A stretch of 64,000 nucleotides of DNA from Vicugna vicugna (taxonomy: Eukaryota): positions 3,917,308-3,981,307 of the forward strand of contig MU061578.1 of the NCBI GenBank assembly GCA_013265495.1. The letters run 5' to 3'. The position numbers and the translations under genes were made by a program. This document shows, in pieces, positions 26,693-40,267 of the stretch (position 1 is the first letter of the stretch; every line of letters starts with the position of its first letter). Below the pieces are notes generated by a model that was given only the letters and a program-made list of their open reading frames with translations, did no database searches and was not told where the DNA came from.

Positions 26693-27299
26693 CCTGTGTC
26701 CCACAGGTGCCCCAGCAGTCCCCCAGCCCTTCACTCCTGAGATGAGCATCAGTGGATCCGTAGCCAGAGTGATGGGCTGACATGCTCAGAAATTGTCACA
26801 GGGACCTCCGGTCTCAGCAGGGCAAGTTCTGCATCCCCCATGGCAGACAGGCTCTGGGTGAACTTGTGGTTGAGATTATCTCCAGAGCTTCACATGTCCA
26901 GGTTGAACACTGTATTTCTGCAGCCCCACCATGTCCCAGGGAGAGAGAACCAGTAGCTTCTCAAGGAGGTTGAGAGGGTGAGGACGGGTCCCCAAGCAGC
27001 AGGAATGCTTCCAGCGGCTCAGAGCCAGGGCCCTTCCCCTGCCTCCTTTGGTGCAGACTGGACCCCGGGTCTCCTGCCCTGGCCCAGGCACTGTCCAAGA
27101 AGGCAGCCAGGTGAATCGCTCAGTCTAGCAGTGGTCAGTGGTCAGCACCGACAGTGGGTGGAGAGGGAGCCCCCGTATTCCTACTGCTGCTAGTCGTTGT
27201 CTTTATTGAAGACCCTCAAGCTGACCCACAGTGGCCACTTCCCAGCGGAGTGTCACATCCCCCCCATGATGCTCCCCGGCACAGTCCCTGGGCTGGGAT
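26693..27299 (-). pseudogene. Highly decayed mastin/PRSS28/PRSS34-like pseudogene (His and Asp exons)
   Basis: ~27123-27299: IMGGCDT/GKWPLWVSLRVFNKDND*QQ*EYGGSL/HPLSVLTTDHC, with frameshifts and stops. ~26693-26936: DMVGLQKYSVQPGHVKL../KFTQSLSAMGDAELALLRPEVPVTISEHVSP.., with acceptor AG->TG and catalytic Asp->Glu. Confidence 0.75.
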
Positions 27300-28699
27300 C
27301 TGGGGAATCAGAGTGAGGAGCTATCAGGGTCCACTGAGCCCCTGACCAGAGCTCAGCACAGCCTCTCCCCAGCCATCCTCATGTTGAGGGTCACAAGCCT
27401 GTCCCCCCACCCCCAGGTCAAAGCAGCCTGAGGTCATAGATGGGTCATAGGACAACAGGGTCCTTGCATGGGGTCAGTATTTGGCCACAGAGCTCCCAAG
27501 GAGCCAGAGCATTTACAAGGGGAGAGGGGAGGGCAGGGGTGAGGAGAGCTGGGACTGGGACTGGAGTGGGATGGGGTCTGAGCAGGGTCCTGTCTCTGCC
27601 TCTGCTCCTAGGGTCTCTGAGCCCGTTACCCAGCCCCAGCCCAGGAGGTGGGAGGGGTATGATCCTCCTGGAGGTGTGGCCTTGAGAGAGGGACTTCCTC
27701 TATGCAGTGGTCAGTCCATCATAGTGATCAGGACCTACTATGGGCCTGGCCCAGACCTGGGAGCTGAGAACACAGTGGCCAAAGTGGACAAGCCTATCAT
27801 CAGGGTGAATCCGGAAGTTGTCAATGATGAGGAGTGTCTTAAAGAGAGGAGCGGCCCCGGGGGTGGAGCTCTGGGCCCTGTGTGTCAGGAGAGGCTGAGG
27901 AGCCGTCAGAGTGGGCCCAGGGGTGAGAAAGGCCACTCTGGCTGCTCTAGCCCCACGTCCACTCCTCCCCTCTGGGCCACCAGTTGTCCTAGGACAACTG
28001 ACTCCCCACGTGTCCCTAGGGAGATCTGGGAGCCTGGCCTGACAGTCGGGGCATGGGGGCCAGAGAACCGTGGTGTGGGATCCAGAGGAGGCTTTCCTGG
28101 GTGCCCCCAGCCAGCAGGGAGAGAAGGCTTCCCAACCTCAGTGCTGGGGATCAGGTGGAGATCTCTGAGGCTGGGGTGCTATGGTTTGGGGTGGGGTCCC
28201 CAGACCCCAAAGGATGGAACAGCCTGGTCATCATGACCCCAGGTGCTCAGTACTGAATCCTGATACATCAGGGATTATGGACAGGGAGCTGTCCCCACCA
28301 CACTGTCACGGTGGCCACCTGCAGTGTCAGCATGGTTGATCTCAGCATCCTGGCTCCCAGCACAGCTGGCCCCTCTGTGGCTGGGCTAGGTCACATGACC
28401 ACACCCAAGCTGGGGAGGCAGGCAAGGGACACCACCCAGACCCTAAGCAGGAGTTCCCCAGACTTGGGCTGAGGAGGGGCTGGATCCTGGAGCTCCACAG
28501 AAGACTAACGTCCAGGGTGGTCCGATGTAGACCCGATGGCTGCAACTTTGAAGACCCCCGTCCCTGGCACAGGGAAGGCTGCCAGGGGTGTGGACACAGA
28601 TGTCTCTGTGACTCCTCCAGGGACTCCTGTCCTGGTTCTGCAGCTGTGAATTCATCATGGAAGTGAGAGCCGTGGGGTCTTTTAAATTCTTTTTAGTTT

Positions 28700-28955
28700 A
28701 ATTTTTCAGGGGGTTTTAAAGAGCTCTGTTGAGATATAGTTTACATTCCACACAATTTACCCATTTCAAGCATACAAGTCAGTGGATTTTAGGCCACAGA
28801 CTGTCACCACGGTCCCTTTTACAGCATTCTTATCACCCTGAAAAGAAACCCCAGACTCTCTTACCATTACCTCACCCCCCATCACCTTGGGCAGACAGCC
28901 CCAGGCAGCCACCGATTGGCTTCTGTCTCTGGTTTCCTGTCCTGGACTCTCACAG
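28700..28955 (-). mobile_element. Old L1 3' end fragment
   Basis: gagatatagtttacattccacacaatttacccatttcaagcatacaag.. Confidence 0.6.
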
Positions 28956-30314
28956 TGAATCACACACTCCTTGATGCTGGGACCAGCCTCCCTCAGCAGG
29001 ACAGGGGAGGTGAGGCCTTTCCTGGCCTCCCCCTCCTAGAAGCAACCAGACCCCTAGGAACCTGAGAAGAAGCAGAGGCAGCCTGGAGGCATCTCCATCT
29101 GCCGGGAGCCTGCAGGGTGGGTGGGAGAGGGCCAAGTGTGGAGGTGCCGACAGTGGGAAGAGAAGGGGGCTGCGTCTGTGGCACTTGGGGAGGGGTGATG
29201 GCTGAGGGAGGCATGGGTGCTGACACTGAGCAGAAGCTGCTCTGACCCAGGGGTCTCCCAAATGGGCATCTTGGTGAGGCAGAGGAGATGGATTGAAGCC
29301 TGGGGGTTGGGGGAAGGAAGCTGAGATTCCTGATTGCCCCCTACCCCCAGCAGGGTGGAGAGCAGCGCACTGCTGCCTGATCTGAAACTTCCTCTCTTCT
29401 CAGACTCTGTGGGCCTGATCATATCATGACAGTGACAGAGAGGCTGTGGGGGCCCCTCTTCGCGAGCACCAAGCCCTGAGGAGCACAGACCTGGGACCTG
29501 TGTCTCTTGCTTCCAGACCCCCTTCTGCTGCCCTACCCACACCCCCACCTCCCAGGATCCATGCTCAGAGGCCAGTCGGATGCCGGGCAGCCGCAGGACC
29601 CTGGCCTGGTCTTCATCGCAGCCGCCGGCTCACACGGGGGGAGTAGCCCAGGGCCCCACTCGGGACAGAGACCACATTCTTTTCCACAAAAGTTGGTTCT
29701 TCCATGTGGTTCCTGAGGGGCTGGGCCAGGTGGAGGCAGGAGGCTGTGTTGTGGGGCTGGGGTACAGCTAGAAACAGGACAGGTTCAAGACAGGGACTGG
29801 GGCTCCCGCCTTCCCATTGGGCCCCTCAACATCCCAGGGCTCCCTCATGCAGACCCAAGGCCCCACTTTCTCCTCCAATGTCACTTGGAAGCACCTCTGA
29901 ATGCCTTAGACCAAGTGTCCAAGGACACATTCCATAACAAACAGCCAGAAAAGCTGGAAGTGCCAATGGGGACCCCATTTTCCTAGTAAAGTTGTTGCTG
30001 TGGGGGAAGGTGGTGGAGGAAGGGATGGGAATCTGAGACAGAAGCCACGGGGGCCTACGAAAGCAGGTGGACAGTCAGAGGGAGAGGAGCAGAGGACACC
30101 TGCCCCAAAGGTGGGCCCATCTCTCTCCCCGGGGGCTTGGCTGAGGTGCCCACACCGTGGTCCAAGCACACGCACAGCATCAAAGCAGCTTCTGAAGCCG
30201 TTTAATGACAATCAAATCACAAGCAGTCTTCTGACTCCTGGGGTTTCCCTCCCTCTCTGTACTCCCCTCTCGGGGCCTATCCCTGAGAGATGGAAGGGTG
30301 AGGGTCTGCCTCAT

Positions 30315-32200
30315 CTAGGCCCCGGGGGACAGAGGGACATACTGGCGGATCCAGGGCACATAGCCCATCACCTGGGTATACACCCCAGGGAAGTTGTGAA
30401 GACCACACTTGTAGCCCCAACTCACGACCCCTACCTGGACCCAGATGCAATTCCAGCTGCACACCAGGGGGCCCCTGGAGTCATACTGTGGGAAGAGATG
30501 GCACTCAGCAATGGGGCTGACGGGTCCCCCACTCACGGGCTATGGGTCGGGGGCAGTTGGGGCCAGAGGCAAGGGTGAGTCTGAGCTCTCACCTGGCAGG
30601 AGTCGCGGCCCTTGCTCCCAGCACACAGAATGTCGTCCCTGATTGGGTTGTTGCCATCTTCAAAGGTCTGATAGTTGCTTGTTACCGACCTTGTGCCCCA
30701 CCCACGATGGGCACCTCTACCTCCTGCAGGTGGTAGGGTGAGGGCAGCGACACTGTGGGGAGGAGGGTGAGGACAGGTATTCACTCGGCTCCAAGCTAGG
30801 GTTCCTCTGGCCGTCAGCAGAGGGCACCAGCAGAGGGGGGCCCCACAGCGAGCCCTGACCCTGACCTGGAACCCTGGCCCTTGACTCAGCTTCCCCACAT
30901 CCTCTACAGCCCGGATCTGACCACATGACCTCTGAACATCTAAATGCACATCCATCTCCAGGACACAAGGCCCCATTGGCCAGAGCCTGGATTCCACGTG
31001 CCTGGGACAGCACGATCGATGAGAGAGTGTTCTTCTTAGACTGGGTCAGAACTCACAGGGTCCCTGTGCAAATTCTGTTTCAGGAACAGAGGAGCCCTGG
31101 GACCTTGGCAGGCCACCCAAACTCAGCAACCCCAGACTTCCTCCGCCATGATGTGATGCCCACCTTCTACGCTCAGGCTGTGGTGGTCAGTCCAGGAAAG
31201 CTACAGCAGAGGTGTGAACCAGAGCCCAGAGCTGCCTGCCCCCGTCCTGGGGTCTGTTCCAGAAGCTTCCTGCTCAAAACCCAAGCATTACACCCAGCCC
31301 TGGGGGTGCAAAAGATCCAAACCATTTTCCATAAAGATCCAACCTCCCCAGCCTCCCATCCTTCCCCACCAAGTCTCCCTACTACCTACAGTTGTATGCG
31401 ATGTCACCCAGCACATCTTCCCTTTGGGGACCCTCAGTGAGGCAAGTGGGAGGGAGACCACGTTGATGTGATGGGAAAGCATCACAGGGGCCTTCAGTCT
31501 CAGCAAGGCGATGTCTGTGCCACCCCAGGAAGACACAAACTTGGGGTGTTGGGTGATGAGAGTCACCTCTGTCAGCTGGTCATGGTCATAGAGTTTCATC
31601 TGCCCGACTTGGACCCTGAGATCATGAGGCAACAAGTTGACCCTGGGGGAGAGGGGACAGGGCGCTTCTCAGAGGAGGCTGGGGGCACCCAGAGCTGAGG
31701 AGGAGCCCCGAGGGAGCCCACAGCACACCTCCCTGGCCCCCTCTGCTCCCCGCCATCCTCGCACCCGGCCACAGGGATGGGGGCAGGCACTACTCAAGGC
31801 TGAATGCAGTGGGCAGCAGTCAGCACCCACTGCGGGTGGATGAGGGAGCCCCCACACTGGTGCAGCCACCAGCCAACTCTTGTATTGTAGATCCTCAGGC
31901 TGACCTGCCATGGGTACCTCCTGGCTGACATCGCATCCCCCAACGATGCCCACCAACTCATGTCCCAGACTGGGGCCTGGGGAGGCAAGATACGGGGACA
32001 ACAGTGACCATCCTGGAGCTCAGGAGCAGGCAAACTTCTCAAAAAAGGACAGTCCTCCCCTCTCTGCCTCCAGGGCTGCCCCTGGGGGCAGGGATGGGGT
32101 CCCGGGAGCCTTAGGGCACTGAATGGGGTCTGGACTTACCTGGGGTCGTGGGCACAGAGCCCCCCAGGCAGGGGAGGGGCAGAAACAGCAGCCACAGCAT
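30315..32200 (-). pseudogene. Mastin (PRSS34-like) pseudogene, all five coding exons present
   Basis: Exons 32140-32200 (MLWLLFLPLPCLGGSVPTTP), 31798-31976 ([22 protein letters not shown]), 31390-31642 (VQVGQMKLYDHDQL..TDIAL), 30593-30752 and 30315-30485 ([30 protein letters not shown]). Lesions: frameshift at ~31926, donor GT->TT at 31796-31797, deletion of GWG at ~31403, frameshifts in the fourth coding exon. GATAAA at ~32359-32364 and ATTAAA at 30201-30206 (- strand). Confidence 0.9.
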
Positions 32201-34811
32201 CTGCAGAGGGCCGTGGACGGGGGGGCCCGGACCCCGCATCAGCTGCCAGGGAGAGCGGCCTGAGGCTCAGCTGAGTCTGGACGGGACAGGAGCGGGCATC
32301 TTCCCTCTGTGCGAGCCTCCAGGGCTCTCCCCTCCCAGCCGTCCCTCCAAGGTCCGCATTTATCCTTCCAACTCAGGAAGTGGGCACAGGGGCGCGTGAT
32401 ACGGCCGGATAGACTGGGCGACTGACCGAGGCCAGTCCGTCAGCGCTGGGCTTTGGCTTTCTGCCCCAGGCGGCAGGTGGGGGCCTGGGCAGGGGAGCAG
32501 GAAGCAGCCCCCGGGCCGCCCCATGGAGGCCATTCCGGGCCTCAGGTCCCGGGCTACCAGGAAAGTGGTCTAAGACCCACCTGCGGCCCCACACAGTGCG
32601 GTAAGACAAGATTAGAGGATGGGAACAGTACCCAACCCCTATGTGTGACCCCAGGCCCCCAGGCCCAGCCGAAGCTGCATCACAGCTGAGTTGAGGAGCC
32701 CCCGTCCCTAGGGAGGAGGGGAGATGCAGGGAGGACCCCGCAGTTCACACGAAGGGGCGAGGAACCCCAGTCACCCACTCGCTGCAGAAAATGGAGTCTG
32801 CCTGGTTCTTTTCTGCTCACGCTGGTTTTAAACAAACAGAGTCAGGGTTGGACAGTGTGGTTTGGGGGCACTGGAGAGCTCCCCAATCTAGGTCATTGCC
32901 AGGCCCTGGTCTCTGCACACCTCCCAGCCAGATGCCCTTCAGAGGCCTCCCAGAACTGAGCAGGAGGTGCTGGAAAAGGCCTTGAGCCCAGTGCCTGCAG
33001 GTACCCGGTGGGACCCATCACAGGTGCAGCTGAACAAAACTTGGAAATAGAATGAGGTAGTCCTCATAATGAAGGCGTTTGGGGAGGAGACCTGGCAGCT
33101 GGAGTGGACCCCCTCTGGCTCTTTCCAGTTTTAGTCCCAAGGACACTGATGATTCAGTGCAAAGTCAGAGAAAGCGGGCAGTCCTAGGAGCCTGTGGTTG
33201 TGGGTGGCCATCCCGGGCACCTGAGCTGGGGGCCCTGGCACACTCCTGTCCTCTCTGAGGGCCGGGGACACCAGGGGCCTATTGACACCCAGCGCTCAGG
33301 TGTGCGTATGTGCACACACAGGCACCTGAGACACACATAACACATGTACACATACCAGCTTACACAGAATTGTAGGTAGATGCTGTGTCTGCGGGTAGAC
33401 AGCTCTGCCTGGAGGGTTGGGATGAGGGTCCACAGGGTGGAGGGTCCCAGCAGTTCCCTGCTCCGCCACACCTGCAGCACCTGGATGGGACTCCCCGGAG
33501 GCCTCTTGCTTGGACATCAGGCCACCATCACCCTCCCAGTCTGTGGTTGATGGCGCAGCTGGGTTCCATGGAGTGTCGCCTGGGGCACTGGGACGGGCCA
33601 TCTGATAGAGGAAGAAGAGAAGCTAGCCTCCTCCCTGGTTGCAGAAAGAACTGTCCTGTCCACTGTGAAGCCTCAAGGTTCACGACTGCTGTGTCCTGAC
33701 TGTCCGCAGGACCCTGAGGCTTGGGACACTGGAGAGTCACCTCCCATCTCTGAAGGACCTGGGTCCACCTCACCCACAATATGGGGCTGAGTCAGATTCC
33801 AAGGGCACCTGTCACCTCCAACTCCAACCTGGCGGGGGCCATGGGTGCAGGAACCCATCCCTGCCATGCACTTTGCGTGCCCCGACACAGATTCAGCGCT
33901 GCTCTCAGAAGAAGAAAAGGGCCTTTACATTTGCCTGCTTCCTCTTGGAGAGTCTTCAAATTACCCCAGGGCCTGAGAGCAAGTTGGGAAAGAGCTGGGG
34001 CATGTGGACCAGATTCCCTGCTTCTTAGAAACCCAACACCCCATCCCCCCGACACACTCTCACTCACACACACAACCCCTGTCAGGGAAATATAATTAAC
34101 AATGTCTTCTCCCCATCCCGTAGTCCTCTCCACAGAGGTAGCTGAGAAGAAAACCACTTTTACTACAGAACCGCGGTTACTGGGAAGGGTACGCCCACAG
34201 AGGCAGCCTGCTGGGGGCTCCAGACAGACCTGGGCGAGCAGATCCCACTCACTCACAGGCTCTCCAGGGAAAAGGACCTCACAGCACACTTATCACACAC
34301 ACGCCTCTGGGCTCACCTGGTAACCAGGTGAGGCTCTATCTGCCCTCTGGCTTTGTCCAGGAGAAAGCAGGCTTCTCCCTCCACTGCAGGAGGTAGTCCT
34401 GTAACTCAGGGCTCCCAGGATCTGGGGGTCCGGCACCACCTCCCTTGGTGCTCACATCTCCACAAGAGGCTCCCAGGTCCTGGAGAAAGACACGCCTGGG
34501 TCACAGAGCTGACAAGAGACCTGTCTAGTATTCAAAAGTGCTTGTATGCATTTCAAAGACAGGAGGAGTGCTTGCCCGTCTTCTAAGCAAATGATCTGAG
34601 GAAAAGGGGGGTCTCTCCCCTTATTTTCAACAGGGGAATTAAGCCTCTTTATTTTAATTTGTATTTGTCCTTCGAACACACACACGGGCCCACACTCGCA
34701 CACAAGTGTTGGGTGCTTTATGAAGAATTCCACAGGAGGGAACTCTATGTGAGACACTGTTGTGCCCATCAGGGCCTGAGGAAATCTTTGCGTCTTCCTG
34801 CAATGGTTCTT

Positions 34812-34980
34812 TACTTTTTTTTTTAATTGTAGTGTAGTTGATTTACAATATTGTGTTAGTTTTCAGGTGTACAGTAAAGTGATTCAGATATATACATATA
34901 TGTAGACACATATGTATATTCTTTTCCAAATTCTCTTCCATTATAGGTAATTATAAGATAGTGAATATAGTTCCCTGTGC
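34812..34980 (-). mobile_element. Short L1 3' UTR fragment
   Basis: Poly(T) followed by aattgtagtgtagttgatttacaatattgtgttag, the same family as the copy at 14993. Confidence 0.75.
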
Positions 34981-35349
34981 AGGATGGGATGTCAGGCAGT
35001 TCCACCCATCACTGGGAGCTCGTAGGTCATGGCCCAGCCCCCTAGTCCCTTGGGTGGGATGACATGGAAGCACGTTCTACTGACTCTGGAAAGGCCTCGG
35101 CAGTAAAAGCCTCCATTACCCACAGTGGGACATGCTCCAACCACATGTCACCTGCTGCCATCCCCCACCACCACAATTCCCTCCCCTTCCACGTGGTGCT
35201 TCCCCTGAATCCACATCTCAGGGCAGGACCAGAAAAAAAGACAGCAGGCCACATCCTCCAGGGGTAGGGTTGGGCCAGAGGAGTCGGGCAGGTGGAGGGT
35301 GGATCCTGACCATATCCGGCATCCTGAGAAGTCCCAGGTCATTTGCAAA

Positions 35350-36760
35350 ACCTCAGTCAGATGTTGTACCAGATGGATTCAACAGCAACAGCCAACGCAA
35401 GTTGACAATAAACTACTATTTTAAAGTGGTAAAGAAAATCATTTAGAACCAAGGGAACAGCCGTTTAAAGATAAGGGCAACGTAAGCGTGTTCTCAGGAA
35501 CACCTCACCCCAAACCTTTGAGCCCATTTAGATAAAGCTCTGATAAAAGGAAAATGTTGCAAGAGATCTATTGAGCAAAGAAAATCAAATAGCGTGATCA
35601 GGGCTACTGTTATCTTTAAAAAAAAGAAATAGGTAACATCAAAGGAAACAAGAAGAGAGAGCCACAATAACGCAGAGTTAACAGCCTAGATGCCATTGAG
35701 ACGATGACGGATTTGGGAGGAGGTGAGACCAGGAGACATGAGAGGCTGATAAACGTCTTGTCTAATGGAGTCACACACAGATATCTGTTCTAGAAGAAAG
35801 ATAAGAAGGGAAGAAAAGAAACAGGAAAGAGCTGAACAATATAAATTAGTAAATGAAGGTGGTAGAAACCAGTGTATCAATAATTGTGTAGACACAAAGA
35901 GAGTGAGCTCACCAGTTAAAATCCTAACATCAAAGGTGAATATGAGAAACATCCGGATGTATACTGTTTACAACAGAGAAGCAAGTGTTAAACTAAAAGG
36001 ATGGGAAAAGATATTACAGGCAAATTAAATGCTAGCCAAAAGATAGCATGAGTTATAAAAAAAATTGGTGATAAATTGGATTTCATCAAGATTTAAAACC
36101 TCCATTCCTCAAAAAACACTCTTAAGAAAATGAGGCAAGGAGTCACAGGGAGAAAATAATTGCAAAACATAAAATACTTGCCTCCAGAACATATGAAGAA
36201 TTCTCCAGATACCATCATGAGAAAACAAAAACCCCATGAAAGAAATTGTTCAAAAGATTTAAACACTTCACGAGAGAAGCCATGTGAATGGCAAATAAGC
36301 ACACGGAAAAAATGCATTCGTCATTAGGGAAACGCAAATTAAAATGCACACAAATCTATTCAAATGGCATTTTCAATGCCATTGACAAAGCCAAGGCTAG
36401 TGAGGATGCAGTGATGCATAGCATTGCGTGAACAAGAGACATGGAAACCCATCCCCATGAAAACCTAGGTAAGGTATTTAGACTGGCCTTATGCACGATC
36501 ACCAAAACCTGGACCAGCACCAATGTCCTGAACAGGTAAATGCAGGTGAAAAACAGAAAAGAGAGGCTTCCACTGAAAATAAACAATAGATAAACAAACA
36601 GCCGCGGTGGAGAGAGTTGGGCCAGAGGCCAGAGGCTGAGGCTGAGACAGGGGCTGGCCTCCAAGGAGCACAGGGGATCTTCGGTAGTGAAGGCGTTGTT
36701 TTACATCTTCAAAGATGAGATCTTTCTCAGGGAGGTGGGTCCCTGATGGCGGTTGTAAAG
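35350..36760 (+). mobile_element. Ancient L1M fragments
   Basis: A-rich; encodes LKGWEKILQAN (ORF2 endonuclease remnant); also cattagggaaacgcaaattaaaa. Confidence 0.6.
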
Positions 36761-39700
36761 ACCCGGTTCTTGATTCTCGGATCATGGAGGTTCCATCTAC
36801 GTCTCCTTTCCCTCCTCCTCCTTGGGGTTGCCAGTTGCCCTCGAGACAAAAGGACACCACTGGGGACGGGAGGTTTGCACCTGGGGACGAGCACCCCGGC
36901 CTCTCTCCGAACACCAGGAGAGACCATGATGCCTGATTAAAGGTGGAGGAGCCACCCTCGGAAATGGTCTTCCACCCTCCAGGAGGGACACAAAGCTTGA
37001 GCGTTAGCTTCGAAAGCCAGCGAATCAGAGCAGCTGGGATGGATGGTAGACCCTGCAGGCATTCCAATACATTTCACTCTGCAAAGTGCCCTGGGTAGGC
37101 ATGGGAGCCTCTAAAAAGGCTGTGATTGGATTTTCCATCAAGTTTCAGTCCGGCTTTACATGATAGAAGAAAAGAGTAGTGTGACACATCTCACTCATCC
37201 AAAGGAAGGTGAGTGCATGGATAGTCGCAGGCTCCCCAGCACCAAGACCCCTGAAGCCTTCACATGAGAATCCCCCAGACCCTGTTGGGTTCCCCTGTAG
37301 AGACCACCCTTGGTGGCCACCAGCCTCACCCAATGTGGCCACCTCGGTCCTGCCCTGCCCTGAACATGGTGTTCAAATAGGTTAATCAGACACTGGGCAG
37401 CCATAGGTGTCAGCCAACCTGAGCCCAGCCCAGGCCCCTGGCCTGGCCCCCAGGCCCCCGCCGCATCACAGCCCCCTCCGGGACACTGTGAGTCCAGTGC
37501 AGCCGACTCGGGGAGAAACACAGTGCCCAGCTCAGGACAGAGAGTGGGTGGGCTTTCCCCGCACCGTGGGGTCTTCAGCACCCTCCTGACCTGCAGGGCC
37601 GATTTAGGTGGCGTCAGTTAGAAACCAGCTGGGCAAAGCAGAGACGGGGTGCGAACGCTCCCAACCCCCTCCCAGCCCTCTCTCCCGCACACCCCTAGCA
37701 GGCTGGCCGAGCTAGCAGCTTCCATTGCCAGGGTCACCTCCTCCCAGTGGAGCAACCAAAACGGACCAGCAAGACACGTTCTTCTGTCCAACGGCCACCC
37801 TGCTGGTGAATTTCACACCTAAAATCTCCTTTGTTCTGGTCAGCCCTGCTCAGCCCACTGGGTCTTTGGATTCCTCTTTAAGGCCCAGGAGACATGACTG
37901 CTGGTTGGGTTTATGACTGAGAAAAAGACCCAGCACCCAGGGCATTGGGGGCTAGAGGGCCGAGGAGGCCACAGGCACCGGAGGTCACCGCCTGGGGTGG
38001 TGGACAACCAGGACCCCTGTGGCCTCGCGAGAGTTGGCTCATACCAGCCCACAAAGCCTGTTGTTAATTTTTAGGAGTTTTGCAATTTAGCACAATGGAA
38101 CACAGCCATTAATAACAAATTATTTAAAATATGGTTTAAAGCATGATATCAGAGATGGAAAACACAGCATCTGAAAGTCATGGATGAATTTCACAGCAGA
38201 ATGAATTTGACAAGAGAAAGGTCAAAGAAGAGAAGATCAGTCAGTTGAAATGACCTGGTCTCAGGAAGAAAGATTTTTTTTTTAAATGAACACAGCCTTT
38301 GGTCCTTTCATGTTTTTTTCATTTTTGTATTTTTTTTTTAATTTTTCTCTACTGAGATTTCTCATCTTTTCATTAAGTGTGTGCTTTTTTCTTTACATCA
38401 CAGAGTATGGGTTTAAGAGCTGCATTGAAGGCTTTGGTTGATGATTTCAACATCTGCAGAATCGGACCCACCTCTGTCCAACTGGCAATGGTGAACAGGT
38501 GTCCTAGCCCAGCCCGCGTGGGCTCACAGCTGAGGAAGGAACCTCATGCCTAGCAGGACGGGAGATGCTCTGAGGCTGATTCAGCCCAGGATTAGTGTGA
38601 AAAATTCCAGTGCCCAGCCTCAGGGGAACTCAGTTGGCTTGTTTATTTCCTTCCAAGCTGGTTCTTCAAACAGCAGCCCAAGGACCCCTGGACCAAGGTC
38701 AACATCCCCCCGAGTTCCAGGATTCCGGTCAGGAGGCACTAGTGCCTGCAGATGCTTGGTGGGACCTGTCACAGGTCCATCGAGAAATACAAATGGAGTC
38801 TTCACCTCATAAAGAAGGGAGATTTGGTGAGGAGAGCTGGCAGCCTGGGGCAGATCGCCTGGCTAGGTATTTCCAGTTTAACTCCAGGGGACACACTGGA
38901 AGATTGGACGTGAAAATTGAAAAAAAAAAAAAAAAGAAATGTAGCTCTCAGAGATTCTGTGGGCTACCAGTGATCACTCCCAGACACCAGAGCCTGGCAC
39001 CCACAGGGCGCTCTCTGAAAGGCTGAGGGGAGCCAGGGACACACGTGTCAAGTGCACTGTGTGTGCATGCAGACATACATGTGCACACATGCACACCCAC
39101 ATGCACACACACAGACACACATGAACACGGTCCTGGCACAGCCTTTGGGAGGTCCCTGAAACATCAGAACGCAGGCTGAGCAGCTCAGCCCAGGATGGAG
39201 TCCACACAGTGTCCAGCCAGACTCCAGTACAGGGCTGGCGAGAGGGAGCTGGGCAGTGTCCTCATCTGCCCTGAGCCTCAGGCCTCGTGTCCCTGGGGCA
39301 TATTCTGAGGTGGCTTCCTGCTCCCAGGACCCGGGCCTGGACAAAGGTGGGGAGGAGGGAGGCGAGAGCATCCTAGTTTCTTGAGAGGGTACCTCACCGT
39401 GGCCTGCAGCCCACAATTCCCCAGATCCCAAGCTTGGAGACGCCATAGAACCTATAGAATGGGGCAGGATCCCCGAGGCACCTCCAGGCCCCAGGTGGGA
39501 CTGACCTTCCCCTCCTGTGTCTTCAGCCTCAGGGAGAGAAATGGGGGCAGGTGAAAGGGCTCACAGGCTGGCTGGTCCCTGTGGGACTGGATCCCCTGTC
39601 ACCCTCCTGCAGCTCCAACAAGTCAGTGGCTGAAGGCAGCGCCCACCTTGCATCCCTGAAACGTGCCCAGGTGGGATGGGATTAAGGATCACCTTTTCAC

Positions 39701-40267
39701 CTCCTGGATTAAAACCTCTCCTGTACTCTCTAGACCCCTGTGAGTGGCCTGAATCAGCATCGCCCGGAGGCGGGGCGGTGGGGTGGGGCTTGATGATCAG
39801 AACGAACCTGCCAACATTCTCGGTAGAAAGGGACTGACACTGGGGTGCGGGTGACTCACCTGCCCTCCCAGGAATTTCCAGGGAAAGCATCCCCACACCC
39901 AGACGTGGGGACCCAGCTGGATGCCAGAGCCCAGGGGCCCTTCAGGGAGGCCACTCCCTCAGCCAACACCACAGTGAGTCCACATCGCTATTTCAAACCA
40001 CAGCCGGGAGCTGGCTTTTCCAAGTTTAATCAGAAATAGAGGGTGAGCAGGAGGCCGTGGGCCCAGGGCCCACCCTACTGCTGAGAGACACCTGCCTTCA
40101 GAGTCTTCTCATGTCTCCCTCCCCAAGATCAGGGAAGCCTGGAAAATGGGGTCAGGGGCTAGAAGGGAAGGAGGGTCTGGAGCAGGAGATGACGGGGAGG
40201 TTTGGGAGAACAAGGTTGGAATGGAGGAAGAAGCAGGTGTCAACAGGGAAGGTTAGCAGTCTCCCCA

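Noticed and set aside
13527..27299. Joining the 27-kb His exon to the 13-kb exons as one gene with a long intron
   Set aside because: The 27-kb exon has its own Asp exon at 26693-26936, and a separate PRSS29-like gene start lies in between.
27481..28236. 251-aa ORF (similarly 48510-49271 and 46741-47403)
   Set aside because: Low-complexity Gly/Pro/Arg/Ser composition typical of chance ORFs in GC-rich DNA, with no motif or splice support.
28300..28375. CAGSQD..ADTAGG on the - strand as another protease remnant
   Set aside because: The similarity is too weak, and there are no correctly placed splice sites or flanking motifs.
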